Origin: Lingula anatina
Taxonomy: Eukaryota > Animalia > Brachiopoda
DNA: 64,000 nucleotides
Assembly (NCBI GenBank): GCA_051362555.1
Contig: CM120646.1
Location: 20,770,001 to 20,834,000, forward strand
Reading direction: 5' to 3'
Shown here: one piece after another, positions 38,025 to 50,934 of the stretch
Position numbering within the stretch: the first letter of the stretch is position 1
Layout of the letters: each line of letters opens with the position of its first letter
Translations under genes and position numbers: made by a program
The notes under the pieces: generated by a model
What the model was told of the DNA's origin: nothing
The model's input: only the letters and a program-made list of their open reading frames with translations
Database searches by the model: none

Positions 38025-40888
38025 AAAGGATTTCCAACTGACCATCAGAATGGCAAGAACGGAGCATTTCCTTCAGAAACGTGACCAACTAATGATTTCT
38101 TCGTCAAAACACAACTTTTTTACATGCTGTTGGTATATAAATAAAATGCGTTATTAAATAAGAAGTTTGTAACAGTTGGATTTCGCGACGCCCGCATATA
38201 CGCAGTGAGGAAAGTGTTTATGTGCACCTATTGTTAACCATATTTCTTATGATTTCAGCTACAGCGGTATTCAATGACTGTACTCTTACGGGTCAACCCT
38301 ATGCTAACGTCAGCGAGGCTTGCAATGGAGGGATTTGTACCTACAATCCTCTCTTCTTACTCTTTACTGCCTCGGCGTTGCGCTGTCTTTGTCCCACGGG
38401 TCAAATACCAGAATATACAGATATTAACAATGTGACGTGTAGAACGAGTAAGTAAACTTTCTTTTTTTACCATCCATTAATATTTAGAAACAAAAAGCAT
38501 TTTTTAAACCTTTGGAGATAATTGTTTACTGTGAAGCGGCACAGGAGACCCGTGAGAATTTTTAGCTGTTTTTACGCGGATTCAAATCAGAGTCATGCTT
38601 TTAAGTATTTACTATATTTTGCTGAATTTATTTATTTATTTCTTTATATTTTTCATCATTAATTTTTTTCGTTGACAAGGTTTCTCAAACTCACGTACCC
38701 ATCTTGATGAAATGTTCAAGGTAGACAGAACTGATCAAAATTTCATCTGAATTGCTGTCTGTTTTTCATTTAAATTTATTTTAATCTGATTCAATTCAAT
38801 TCGATTGGAATCAAGCCAATTATATTTCATTTCAATTTTATTTTATTTTATTTTATTTGCTTTTCCAATGATCTCTAGTATAATAAGAAAAAATCCACTT
38901 TTGATTTCGTGTATTACAGTTGCTGGAACGCAGTGTCGATCGGACTTTGACTGTAACTCGAGGACAAGAGATTGTCTGGGTATCAGTATGGGCAACCCGA
39001 CCTATTTTGAAGGCACCGGGACTCAACCACCATTCTCTGCGGATTTGACAACATTCTTGTCTGTAAGTATCATTTTATTTTAATTGTTAAGGTTATAATG
39101 ACAACCACAACCAACGGATAATGACCGATAATAAAAATAATTATAATTATAATAATTATAATTATAATGACGATGATGATGATGATAAGTTCACAATTTT
39201 ATTTATTTTTTTTCATTTAGAAGTATACAGTATTTGTGCATTCTGTGTGATTTTTCTGCCTAGAATAAACATGATATGCATTTTATCGCTTTTTATTGCT
39301 TATGCAACAGATACAATTTGCTATGGAAATCATAAATTCATTAATTATCTTAACTTACTAACTAACAACTAACTAAGGCCGCATTCACATCGAGTTGAGC
39401 CATGCCTCCCCATGCGTCGTCCCTGCAAGGGTACAGTCATTAAATCTTGGCTCCATTGGGACGACACATGGGGAGGCGTGTGAGAGGCAGAGAGACTTTT
39501 AAGAGATTAGGCGGTTTTCCTTTTATGTACGTCCGCCATATTTGGCTTTGTAGAGCCATGGCTCAACTCCATGTGAATGCGGCCTTAGTTAGTTGTGAAA
39601 AGTACGGAATTTTGACATACAGACGTCGTAAATGGTAAAACTGGAAAGCGCTTTTGATAGTGAAAGAAGAAAACATTCACGCAGGGAATACGCCCCAAGT
39701 CTGTGTTAAAAAATGCAATTAAATTATCTTAATTATTCTAAATTATTTGATACCGAAACAGTGAGATTACATGTACACAAACTTAAATTCCATGTATAAT
39801 CTCTAAGATAATCTAGAGCTACAATAAGATACCCAGTACTTAAGTTACTGATATGCTAATTCAGCATTGTGCTTTGGTAGATAAATACCAAGCAAAAGAT
39901 CATTACTGTTTTTCTTTTGCTTCCAGCCATTTGTAACAATTTTATGTGGCTTCAACGACAGGCTGATTCTTGACACAACCCCGTTCTACACGTGTTCGGG
40001 CGGGAGCACTACAGCCATAGGCTCTTGTGTGGAAGTCAGTGGAAGTAAGTATATTTACTGGTGAACATATCATCAGACATTAGCTGATAGATTGCAATCA
40101 GAGAGTTTTATGTTAAATTTAGAATACTGTCAATTGCAGGGTACAGTATCCTCTACCAACGGTAGATGCATTGTATTATAGGGAAATTTTCAAAAAGCCA
40201 GAGAATGAAATGACTGTCTATTTATCTAAAGACATATCTATGAATATCTTGTGAAAAGTCAATCTGTCGCCATAGTAGAAGGTAAGGATACAGTGGGTTA
40301 ATCTTCCTCTACGCAACCGTATCTGATGTGAATGTTTTGTTCTGACGTGGAGGTGAAAATTGGGGAATTTTTGAAGTCAAACAATCATGCTTCTGTTTAT
40401 TTGGACCAATTTTCGTAATAAAGAAAGAAGAGAGTGAGAGGCTGTCAGGACAGTAAAATATATTTAAAGTAGATGAAGCTTGCTCTTGTGGGTCTAACGT
40501 TTTTCTTTCTCTAAACTGAAAAAAGTGAAGAATACATGACGGGCACAGAAATGAATAAATGGACACTTTGTTAACCCTCTGTAAATAAGCTTGGCTGACC
40601 AATGATAATTAATTTTCCGTTCGTTGCATATCAATCGATGCTCTGTATATTGACAGTCAACCTATAAGATTATTCGTTAATTCGTGGGTTAATCTATTTA
40701 ATTATTTATCATTTGTTTCAGTTCCACCGGAGACGACTGTCAGCGTCAATGGCACTGTCTATCCACAGGCAATCAGCCGAGACCTGTTCAGAACGCTGCT
40801 CTTCCCAATCGCATCGGGAACATTTACATCGGGAATTCCACTGACCAACTATTTCCTCAACACTTTGACCAGCCTTATCCCGTTTTAA
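37339..40888 (+). CDS. Paralogue B: uncharacterised 206-aa protein with an EGF-like module and a second 6-Cys module
   Basis: Exons 37339-37342 (ATGG), 38259-38447, 38920-39062, 39927-40044, 40722-40888; GT-AG throughout, phases 1/1/0/1, no stops. MATAVFNDC..CNGGIC..RCLCPTG..VTC..QCRSDFDC..SLIPF*. Confidence 0.8.
37978..38021. repeat. (TG)n microsatellite, downstream of a poly(G) tract at 37914-37933
   Basis: Direct reading. Confidence 0.95.
39377..39584. mobile_element. PIF/Harbinger-like MITE in intron 3 of paralogue B
   Basis: TIRs GGCCGCATTCACATCGAGTTGAGCCATG / CATGGCTCAACTCCATGTGAATGCGGCC with TAA/TTA flanks; absent at the equivalent site of paralogue C (~45197). Confidence 0.8.
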
Positions 40889-42846
40889 ACAGGGCGCCCT
40901 CTTCCGGGTGGCAGGTAAAAGAGGCATGGAGATTTATGAAAACAGTAATCGCCGAACAGTATTTTTACATAATGTGGGTGTGACTTCAATCCTATAAAAC
41001 CACGCAGAAAGAGGGCAGTGTGTCACTCGTCCGCTGACCAATGGACTGGAAATGGACTGATATATATGACTGCTGTGCTTGACAGATATAAGTTAGATGT
41101 ATATTTATTTGATGATAAGTAGCTTTGAGCAAAAATGAGGGGAAAATTCTGCCAACTGACATTCAATCACCTCAGAAACAGCTCATCTAATAAACCCTAT
41201 TTTATATACATGTGCTTTAGTAACCCCTCCCCCCCCAACACACACACACATTCCTTGGATGTGTCAGTTTGCACCGAGTAGCATTTACGTCATACTTAAT
41301 ATATATATTCATTTATTTATTCACATATCTCCTTGCATTTCTGACCAAAAATTAGATAACATTCCAAAGAAATTGCAAAATTGCAAATAAGAAGTTTATT
41401 GTCCTTCACATGACCTGAGCTCGAGCCAACCGCTATGTCAAATATTTTCTCCGATCCGTCACCTCAAATCCTTCACATTCATTTTTGTTCTTTACCTCCA
41501 TGTGGTTACCGTTGTCCTAGAACACCTTGATATTTATCGGGTTTAATAAATATATGTATTTATGCGAGAAGGACATCCAGTTCACATACAGTGCAATCTG
41601 CAGTTGATACATGTAATTTAGTCTGCGAACTATTAGCATTTAAAATGAACCATCATTATCTTCAATAGCATGTGGTTAGTTTTCGCCACTGATTAGAGCT
41701 GCATATCAACACAGAGTTTAAGGAAGTAGAGTATGCTATTTAATTTGCATAATTATGTGATTAACATTATTACATAATTCTTGTACAGAAGTGCACGGGT
41801 GCACTTTAGGGACATCTTTTTCGTCCTTTCCGCTTCCTTTAATGAAAAAGCGACAAAAGTACCGTCAGCATTTAAAAAAATAAAGTATCGGCAGATTTGA
41901 AATTGCTAGCTTTTGTCTTGTTGTCTCTTTACTCATATATATTGTTTTTTTTTTGTTTGTTTGTTTGTTTTTTGTTTTTTTGGGGGGGAGTGTTAATAAG
42001 TACATCATCCAATGCGTTACCTTGTACCTTTACACCTTTCCAGTGTGTGAAATGGAAAACAGTTACATTTTTGTAAAAAAGAACGTTTATTATTAAATTC
42101 ATTGTATCTGATAAAGCAGTGATATAAGTGGGTCAGAAAATTACTGTTAAGCTTACTGCTGAACTGTTTGATGATACATGTATATGCACTTTCTTTGTAT
42201 TCTGAAAATATAAAACTTAAATCAACAGCCATTACAGACTTTTGTTGGACCAGCATCGAAGATTCTTTCTATTTTTCTTTCTTTGTTTGTTTGTTTAAGG
42301 AGAGGGAGGGGCTTTGTTATCAACTTTTTTATATTTAGTGAAGCATTCTCAGCGTATTTGTCAAATGAAAACTCTAGAGACTCCCTGGAATCTCTAATAA
42401 CTAACATCATTTTAGAACCACGTCTAAGTCTCACATCCGAGCAAGGCGTGACGTCACTTTTTCACTTTCCTTTTTTTTTCTTTTACATTTCATAACACAC
42501 GCACATACATGTTAACCATCACCCCCGTGTCCCTTTAAAGCATATTTGACAACAGGCACCTACAATATTGTAGCACACAGACAGTTTACATTTATGGCAT
42601 AACAGGTTCTAACAACATCCAGATGGTTTTACGCGCCCTTTCGATGGCAAGGTGTTCATTTCTTCTTCCATTATGGTCAGCGGCACAATTACCGGGGCCC
42701 CGTAACTCAAAAGCATTGCGTATGGCGAATACCGATATCACACAGAGGCTACAATGTATTATATGGGGCGAGTATGGGCGAGTTATGGAATCGAGACGCT
42801 TGCGCTCGGTCGGTCGCAATGAGCGATGCTTTCGAGTTACAGGGCC

Positions 42847-43055
42847 CTGGTCAGTCCTATACGTGGCTCAACCTGCTTGATTTACGTAGCTTAATAGAGC
42901 CCGCTTCCTAAATTATGTTAATAATCATTCCCTTTCGTTTGATCAGATAGTAGGGCGTATGGTAATTTATACAGAGACGGTGCAAGTTTATAAGCACGGT
43001 ATTTCCTACTAACGAACGTCTATGATCATTATCTGAGGCACGGGCTTTATAAGAG
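42847..43055 (+). promoter_or_regulatory. Conserved proximal promoter of paralogue C
   Basis: Aligns with 37028-37240; TTTATAAGAG at ~43046-43055. Confidence 0.6.
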
Positions 43056-43137
43056 ACCGCGCAGACCTGCCTCTGGACACCTCGCCGTTCCCCTTGGTTC
43101 AAGAAAACGACTTTTCCTGATACAACTGTTATTCAAC

Positions 43138-46100
43138 ATGGGTAAGTACGAACATTTCCATTTTCGCAGGATTTAGTTCATCTTTAAGACAGAGTGTGTA
43201 TACATTTCTTCTTTTAACAGTTTCATTATTTTAATTTCGATAATGGCGGTTGTGGCGCTAGCGTTGTTGAATTACTCTTTTTAATTTTCATTCCATTATA
43301 GACATCTCGTAGCTCTTTTCCAGTCTCTTAAGAAACTTTATGTTCTCCTGTTTTCATGTGTTTTATATAAAAGTTTTGCCCGATATTGGTTTAAAAACAA
43401 ATTGCGCTTTTGCATTATTTATCATCAGTGAGCCATACCTGAATATCATAGACTTGATATGGACTATTTTTTAAAACATTAAAACGTGAACCTATTGTTA
43501 ACCATATTTCTTATGATTTCAGCTACTGCGGTATTCAATGAGTGTACTCTCACGGGTCAACCCTATGCTAACGTCAGCGAGGCTTGCAATGGAGGGGTCT
43601 GTACCTATAGTCCTCTCTTCTTACTCTTTACTGCCTCGGCGTTGCGCTGCCTTTGTCCCTCGGGTCTAATACCAGAATATACAGATATTAACAATGTGAC
43701 GTGTAGACCGAGTAAGTAAACTTTCTTATTTTTTTCTAACCGTTAATACGACCGTATTTAGAAAATAGAATCCATAAGTTTTCAAATATTACAGATAATG
43801 GTACCCATCTAGAGGCACGGGAGAGCCGAGGGACTTCTTGGCTGTTTTACACGGACTAAAATCGGAGTCATGCTTATATTGTATTATATTATATTTTAGT
43901 ACCTACTATGTTTTATTATTGTTCCTTTGAAATTCGGATGCAACACAAATACCCAGGGTTGCTTTTGTTCTCACAAGAAGATTATGTATATCAAGCATTG
44001 GGATGACGAAATTTGAAAAAAAAATCACCTAAGCATGATTCAAGGATTTTTTTTTAAAGTTTATTAAATTGTAACAGAATAATTCCGAGTGCCAGGAATG
44101 GGGCTCGAAGGAAAACTGGTTCGCGGGTACTCTTGTCATTATTTCATTTTTCATTTGTGGTTCGTTCGTTTGTTCGTACAAGTTGTATCTCAAATTATTT
44201 GACACATTTTTGATAAAAGGTTCAAAAGGGCAGAAAAACACCCCGATTGGAATGAAATGATGAACATTTCAACTGAATTTCGGTCTCTTCACTTCACTTC
44301 GCTTCACTTCACGTCACTTCACTTAAACTGTAACTCAACTTAACTCAATTAAATTCAATTTTACTTACGGTCTCTGCTCTCCGAGTGCTCACTAGCTTAT
44401 TGAGAATAATCTGTATTTGATTTTGTGTATTTCAGTTTCTGGAACTCAGTGTCGATCGGACTTTGACTGTAACTCGAGGACAACAGATTGTCTGGGTATC
44501 AGTATGGGCAACCCGACCTATTTTGAAGGCACCGGTATTCAATCACCATATTCTGCGGATTTGGCTACATTCTTGTCTGTAAGTATTCTCACACTCACTA
44601 TTTGAAGCGTTATAGGTTGTAACAAAGACCACAGCCTACGGGTCATAATAGATAATCAAGGGTGGATCCAGGATTTAAAGGGGGAGGGTCCGCGGATGCG
44701 AAGCCGCTGAATACCCCCTAAAATTTTTGGGAATTTAGAGGGCGAACGATGCCATTTGGTACTGATTAGAACTATGATTCAGCTAGTAAAAATTCTAATT
44801 ACAATAGGGGACCAGAAATCGAAAGGGGGGGGGGAGATCAGGACCCCCTGAACCCCCCTCTAAATCCGACACTGATAATAATAATAAGAAGAATTCAAAG
44901 TTGCTATCAATTTTAAGCGATACATTGTACAAATTTTTTGTAAATAATGTTACGTTACACATTAAATATAGACAAAATGTGAGGGCGAATTTTTGGTGTA
45001 AATTTGAAGTAGTTAATTAGCATGAGAGCAGTTTGCCATTTCATTTTCTTTTTTATTTAAAAGTACACACATGTATGTGCATTCTATGTGATTTTTTTTC
45101 TGTCTAGAGTAAATATTATGTGCATTTCTTTATCGACACAGGTTTATTCGACAGATACACAATTAACTTTGGAAATTATAGATTCAGTGTTTTATCTTAG
45201 TCGTGAAATGTACATGATATTGAAATGTTGGCACAATAATGACAATACTGGAGAATGCTTTTAGTAAGAAAATAACTCATACATTCACGCTCCGAGTACG
45301 CCCCAAGTCTGTGTTAATATAACGCAATTGAAATATTGGTAACGAAACAGAGAGATTACACGTACACAAACTTTAACTCTATGTATAATCTCTAAGATAA
45401 TCTAGAGCTACAGTACTCAGTACTTAAGTTCCTGATATGCTAATTCAGTATTGTACTTTTGTAGGTAAATACTAAGCAAAATATCATTACTGAGTTTCTT
45501 TTGCTTCCAGCCTGTTGTATCAATTTTATGTGGCTTCAACGACAGGCTGATTGTTGACACAACCCGTATTTACCAATGTCAGGGCGGGAGCCTTACGGCC
45601 ATTGGCTCGTGTGAGGACGTCGGTGGAAGTAAGTTTTTATTGGTGAATATATCACGTGGTATATCAGAAACTGGATTGCGATCAGAGGGAGTAATGTTAA
45701 ATTTAAAAATACTTTCAATGTCATGAGAAGGTTTTCTATGTACGTGGTGAAATCTGGAAATTCTTTGTGAGTGAAGTAATAATGCCTCTGTTTATACGGA
45801 TCAATGTCCCAAATTATCAAAGAATAAAATAGGGGGGCTTTAGGACAGTAAAATATGTCTTAAGTAGATGAAACGTGCTCCTGTAGGTATAACGTATTCA
45901 TGCCTCTAATTAAAACAAGAGAGCGCGAAGGTTAAGGTCGCTAAAATTTGTAAATGAGAGGCTAATATAAACCCTACTTGTTTTTCCACGATAATAAAGT
46001 AAATGGGAAAGCTTAGGATGCCAGAAACCTGTGTACTGGTATCGCTTGAAATAGAGCTGTTCGTCAGGAACAGGAAAAAAATCAATCATCTAAAGTTGGC

Positions 46101-46572
46101 TTTTTCACCTTTGGCAAAGCGGCCTTTTGATCACACGCTGTTGAAAGTTGCAATATACATGCATCTAAATATAAAAAAATTGACTTCGGTTTTCTCCGAC
46201 GAGGCAACAATAAATTGCTTAAGTACAGAAATGAACAAATAGACAATTAAATGAGACAATTACGTTACTAAAGAATTGGCTTATAAATGATAATTATCCA
46301 ACTCTTTGTTAAACGATTGCTATCAATCGATAGAATATTAACACGGACCCTTATACGTGACTCATTATTTTCTGGGATAAATTTATTCAATTCACTTATC
46401 ATTTGTTTCAGTTCCGCCTACTTCAACAATCTCTACTGAAACCGCTCCTCAGGCTCTCCGCCGTGACCTGTTCAGAATTCTATTATTCCCACGGGCCACA
46501 GGCACGGTAACAAACGGTAATCCAGTCAGCTACTATTTCCTCAACACTTTGAGCAGCCTAATCCCCTTTTAA
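43138..46572 (+). CDS. Paralogue C: uncharacterised 204-aa EGF-like/Cys-rich protein
   Basis: Exons 43138-43141, 43523-43711, 44436-44578, 45511-45628, 46412-46572; same sizes and phases as B except a 6-nt shorter last exon; open frame. Confidence 0.8.
44657..44874. mobile_element. hAT-like MITE in intron 3 of paralogue C
   Basis: Imperfect TIRs CAAGGGTGGATCCAG / CTAAATCCGACACTG with ATAAT on both flanks; absent from paralogue B. Confidence 0.65.
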
Positions 46573-49500
46573 ACGGGGCGCCCTTTTCAGGGTAGCAGGC
46601 CGTTAAAACGTGGAGATTGAAAAACATTTATCGCGGACAGTGCCTGTGACTTCAATATTTGATAATCCCACATAGGAAGAGGACAATGTGGTACTCGTAT
46701 GGTGGCTGGTGGACTGTAAATGGACTGATTTATTTCTGCTGTGCTTGACAGATAGATGTATATAGTTCTTTATATTTGGTGATAAGACTTTTTTGAGAAA
46801 AAATGAGGGGAAAATTCTGCCAACTCACATTCAACCACCCCTGAAACCCCTTAACCAACTAACCCTATTTTGTGTACTTTCGTAACCCCCTCTCCCCAAT
46901 CCCTGGATGTTATCGTAAATTTACATTTGATTATTCATTCTGCAATCCATTATCATTTCAAATAAACCACCATGGCCTTCAGCGTCATGTGGTTATTTCT
47001 CGTCATTGGGTGGTGGATGTAGGGATTAAATGTGCTTATCTTCGCAGAGTTTAAGGAAATAGAGTGTGTTATTTGATTTGCATAATTACATTGTTAAAGT
47101 TAACGCATGCTGATTTTTATAGTGGTTTACATGTGCATTTAAGAGGTATAAATTTCGCCCTTTTCGTTTCCTACGTCGTCGAAAAGCGACAAAAGTATCT
47201 GTAGCATTTTAGAAAATAAAGTATCGACAGACAAGTTTTGTCTAGTTGTCTTTTACACCTTTTTAAGGAGTGCCAGTAAACTAGTGCATGATTCACAGTG
47301 TTACCAATGAAGTGAACAAACAGTTACATTTTTGTAAAAGAAAAAAACGTTCGTTATCAAATGCCTAATAGCTGATAAAATGCTATACATAATTATAATA
47401 AAAACAACAATAATAATAATAATTTATTTCAGCTAATAATGTTACGCGCAAACATTCATAGCTGTCTATGCTACTTCTACACGTAATTCTACTAGAGTAA
47501 TGTAAAAAAAGAAAAAAATAGTAATATGAAATAACTATGTCAAAAAAAACTTTGTTTAGCTTGCTGCTGAACTGTTTGATGATATGCATCGTCTTTGCAC
47601 TATATCATTAACGGGACAAAACATCTCAATCTCGCAAAAACGTCTCTACTACAGACTATATATTAATCGGCTGCCTTCTAACCCCAGTCAAATCTTCTAT
47701 GCGGCAGTGTCACTTCAAAATTTTGATTTTTTGTTTTCTTTACTTCTCGCATTTTTGATATCCAGTCAAAAGAATATATATGTCATGTATGGCTAAGACT
47801 CAGCTTAAGTTGGATTCTATAAGCAACCTTTTAACCTGAATCTTTAGTGGTAAGTTCTTTCAACAACAGTTAAATATCAAATTATCACATCATGCATTTC
47901 GGTTAAGAATACAGCAGTTGAAATTATCTTAAATCTTTTAACCAAGTTTGAATCCAAAATTAGTGATGTCCACATTTTACCGACTTAAATCGGTTCTGAA
48001 ATCTCTGAGTTGAAAACCATACTATCTTAAAAATCCTTGTCAGTTAGATCACGAATATATATGCATGAATAATGCATAGCTTGGTCCTATATTATTGGTC
48101 CTATATAATTAGACACTACTGGCCATGTACTTTCTTTATCAGTCAAACGCTCCGAATCCATTACTGACCCCGACACCGCTGTGTCCACCGCTATTGGTGC
48201 AGCAGGACTTCCGCTTGGCCTGCGGGTCCTGTCGCCTGTCGCGAATCCCCTTCTTTTGGCAACGTCGCACCTCTTCGTTGGTCAACTTGGCAGCCCGCCA
48301 ATTTTCTCCGTACTCGTCTTTCTGTGTGGGCTCTGACATCTTGAAGGCACTGTAATGGCAAAGTAATGAATTCACGGACCGTATGTATCTGAATCTATAA
48401 CACTACAGGTTGTTTGATTTTATCTCAGCTTTTTGTGAAATAAGAACTTTTTAAGGAGCTCAGTGACAAATACCAAATACAAGTGACCCCCATTAACTAG
48501 ATACCCAACGTCAGGGTACAGTACAGTCATTTAAGAGAATGTCCTCCTTCCTTAATGTTTGGCCCATATCGACACACTTGAAAAAAGAAAAATCCAGCAG
48601 TTTGTCTGTCCCGGTACATTTGTTAACAGACCGTCTACGCAAGTTTGTCATATTACTTAAATGAGATGCGACATAACCTACCTTTCAGGCTGCTTGATAA
48701 AAGCAGGTCTTCATTACGATATCAATACGATAAGATGATGCAACCTGACGCCGCCTTTTAAAAAATTAGATTTAAGATAAATGAAATTGCATTGATATAA
48801 ATGAAGCAACGCCGACTTCTGTTCATATTCTGTGTTAGCCGAGTGGACGCAAAATGACTCAGTATTGTACAGACTGCCGTGCCCTTTGAAGGAAAAATAA
48901 GGAATGCATTGTTTATATCGATCAATCTTCTGGTGAGGTCAACCCGCTTTTAAACCGTTTTGTGGCCAAATATGTTAAACATTCCAGTGCCGGAGGTCGG
49001 AATCAAATTGACATTTTTGACTCTTGCATTGATGTTTTCAGGACTTATCTGGAAAAATTCGTTTTCTTTGCATGAAGAGCAACATGCGCAGTCAGGCTGT
49101 TATAAATTTATATATATTTTGACACGTAGTCGGTTCAGTATGGATACGTATATAGGGTTAAGATTGGTTTTATTTATCTAATCCTTTTAATATGAAAAAA
49201 TAGCAGTATATCCATGAGGTACTTATTTAAATATAACAAGACTAACACATTAGCATGCTTTTTGATGGGTATTGCATAATGTTACACATGGGAAATTGTC
49301 CCATTTAAGACCACAATTTGGTTCAGTGTTAAAAAAAAGACTAAAAAAAGAGAGCACCCTTGTTTGCATATTCATCGTGTAATTCCAAACAGGCGCCGTC
49401 TAAAATAAGCCTATCTCAATCTTAAAACCACAAGATCGTGATCAACCGGGCGACATGGCCATTCTACTTTCGTCTACATGTATTACATGGGGTGTGGATT

Positions 49501-50934
49501 TTTTTTTTTAGCTTCTCGGTCGGATAGATTGATAAAAACATCAGCCATCTAGTAGTTCAAGAAACATCTTCGGAAAGCTATATCACACGTCTGGTCTTTG
49601 TAATTCCGTTATCTTCGTGCTTTCAACAAAGTGCACTAGAAATTAAAAGGGTACTTTCAGGCAAATTGAGTGATTTGCCACTCACTTTAGCTCAAATACG
49701 GTATCCTTGTTATTTCACTAGCACTCGTTGGGTTATCTTCTTATAACGCGCCCTGTTTCTCATGATAAAAGATGCCGCTTAAATGTGATAAATGTTTTCT
49801 ACAATTACCTTTTATAATAGGCCGTGATGCTTATAATGAACATCTCTTTCTTGCCTGGGTCATTCTACTTGATTGAAGTGTCAGTGCGACTACCTCATGC
49901 CATATATTTTATTTAGACAAGGCGCAGCAATGGCACCTCTAACTTCTTACTGTTTCTGACGTATTTTGGCGCACTCCCAGTATAATCCATCTTCATTAAG
50001 GGATTTTCTGGCAACATCTATCAACTAAATGATATGAACCCACTGGAAGTGCCTTTGGTATCAAAAACAATATTGCTATGGGGCATCTATCATTTTAGAA
50101 AATGGGGCAATAAATAAAATAAAAAGAAAGGGAGTAAAAATAAAAAAAGTGCTCATTGGATAGAGAAGAACACAGCTCTCAATATCCCTTAAATTTTCGA
50201 CATCACATATTTCTTTGACATCCAGATTCAATATGCTGAATTATAATTATTGTTGAAAGTCTTTGAACTCACTGCATGCGTGTGCCTGTAGATGAGACTT
50301 TTTTCCACGACTGCTGTAGAGGTTGTTTGCGCATGTCTGAGGTTCGACCACAGCACGTGATCAAAATAAGTTGGAATATTCTTTCGAGTCACATCACTCC
50401 TTAGCCAACCTCAATATCATTTTCTCAACAACAAAAATGGCAGATTCAGATACCTCCCCCCCCCCTCCCATCCTTTCTTGGCATCATGATAGTTGTAACA
50501 TCGATTTAGAAAGCAAAGAAAAAAGGCAACCAAAAGAAAAAAGACGTATTACTACCATGACGTTGCACTAATCAACAGCGTAATTCATTTCGACAAGAAA
50601 TCTGATAAAATTAAAGCAGCAACAATTTATTTGCATAGCATTTTCTTTTTTTCGGAGCGGCATGATTAAGAAAATCGTTTTGTTTGCATGCCGATGTGAC
50701 ACTACATCGTGTATCCTACAGTCACGATTAGATAAAAATGACAAAGATACCAGTATCAATAAAATACATCAAACTGACACAATTGACATCAGGGAAGCAT
50801 TGAACCACACTGGGCTGCTACTTGTAGAAGTAATTCATATACTGTACATCATAACTCTTCAAAATGCTTTTATTTCATGAGTTCGGTCACGTGTGGAGAT
50901 CACAGAACCAATCTAAATTAGTAAGGCATTCTGT

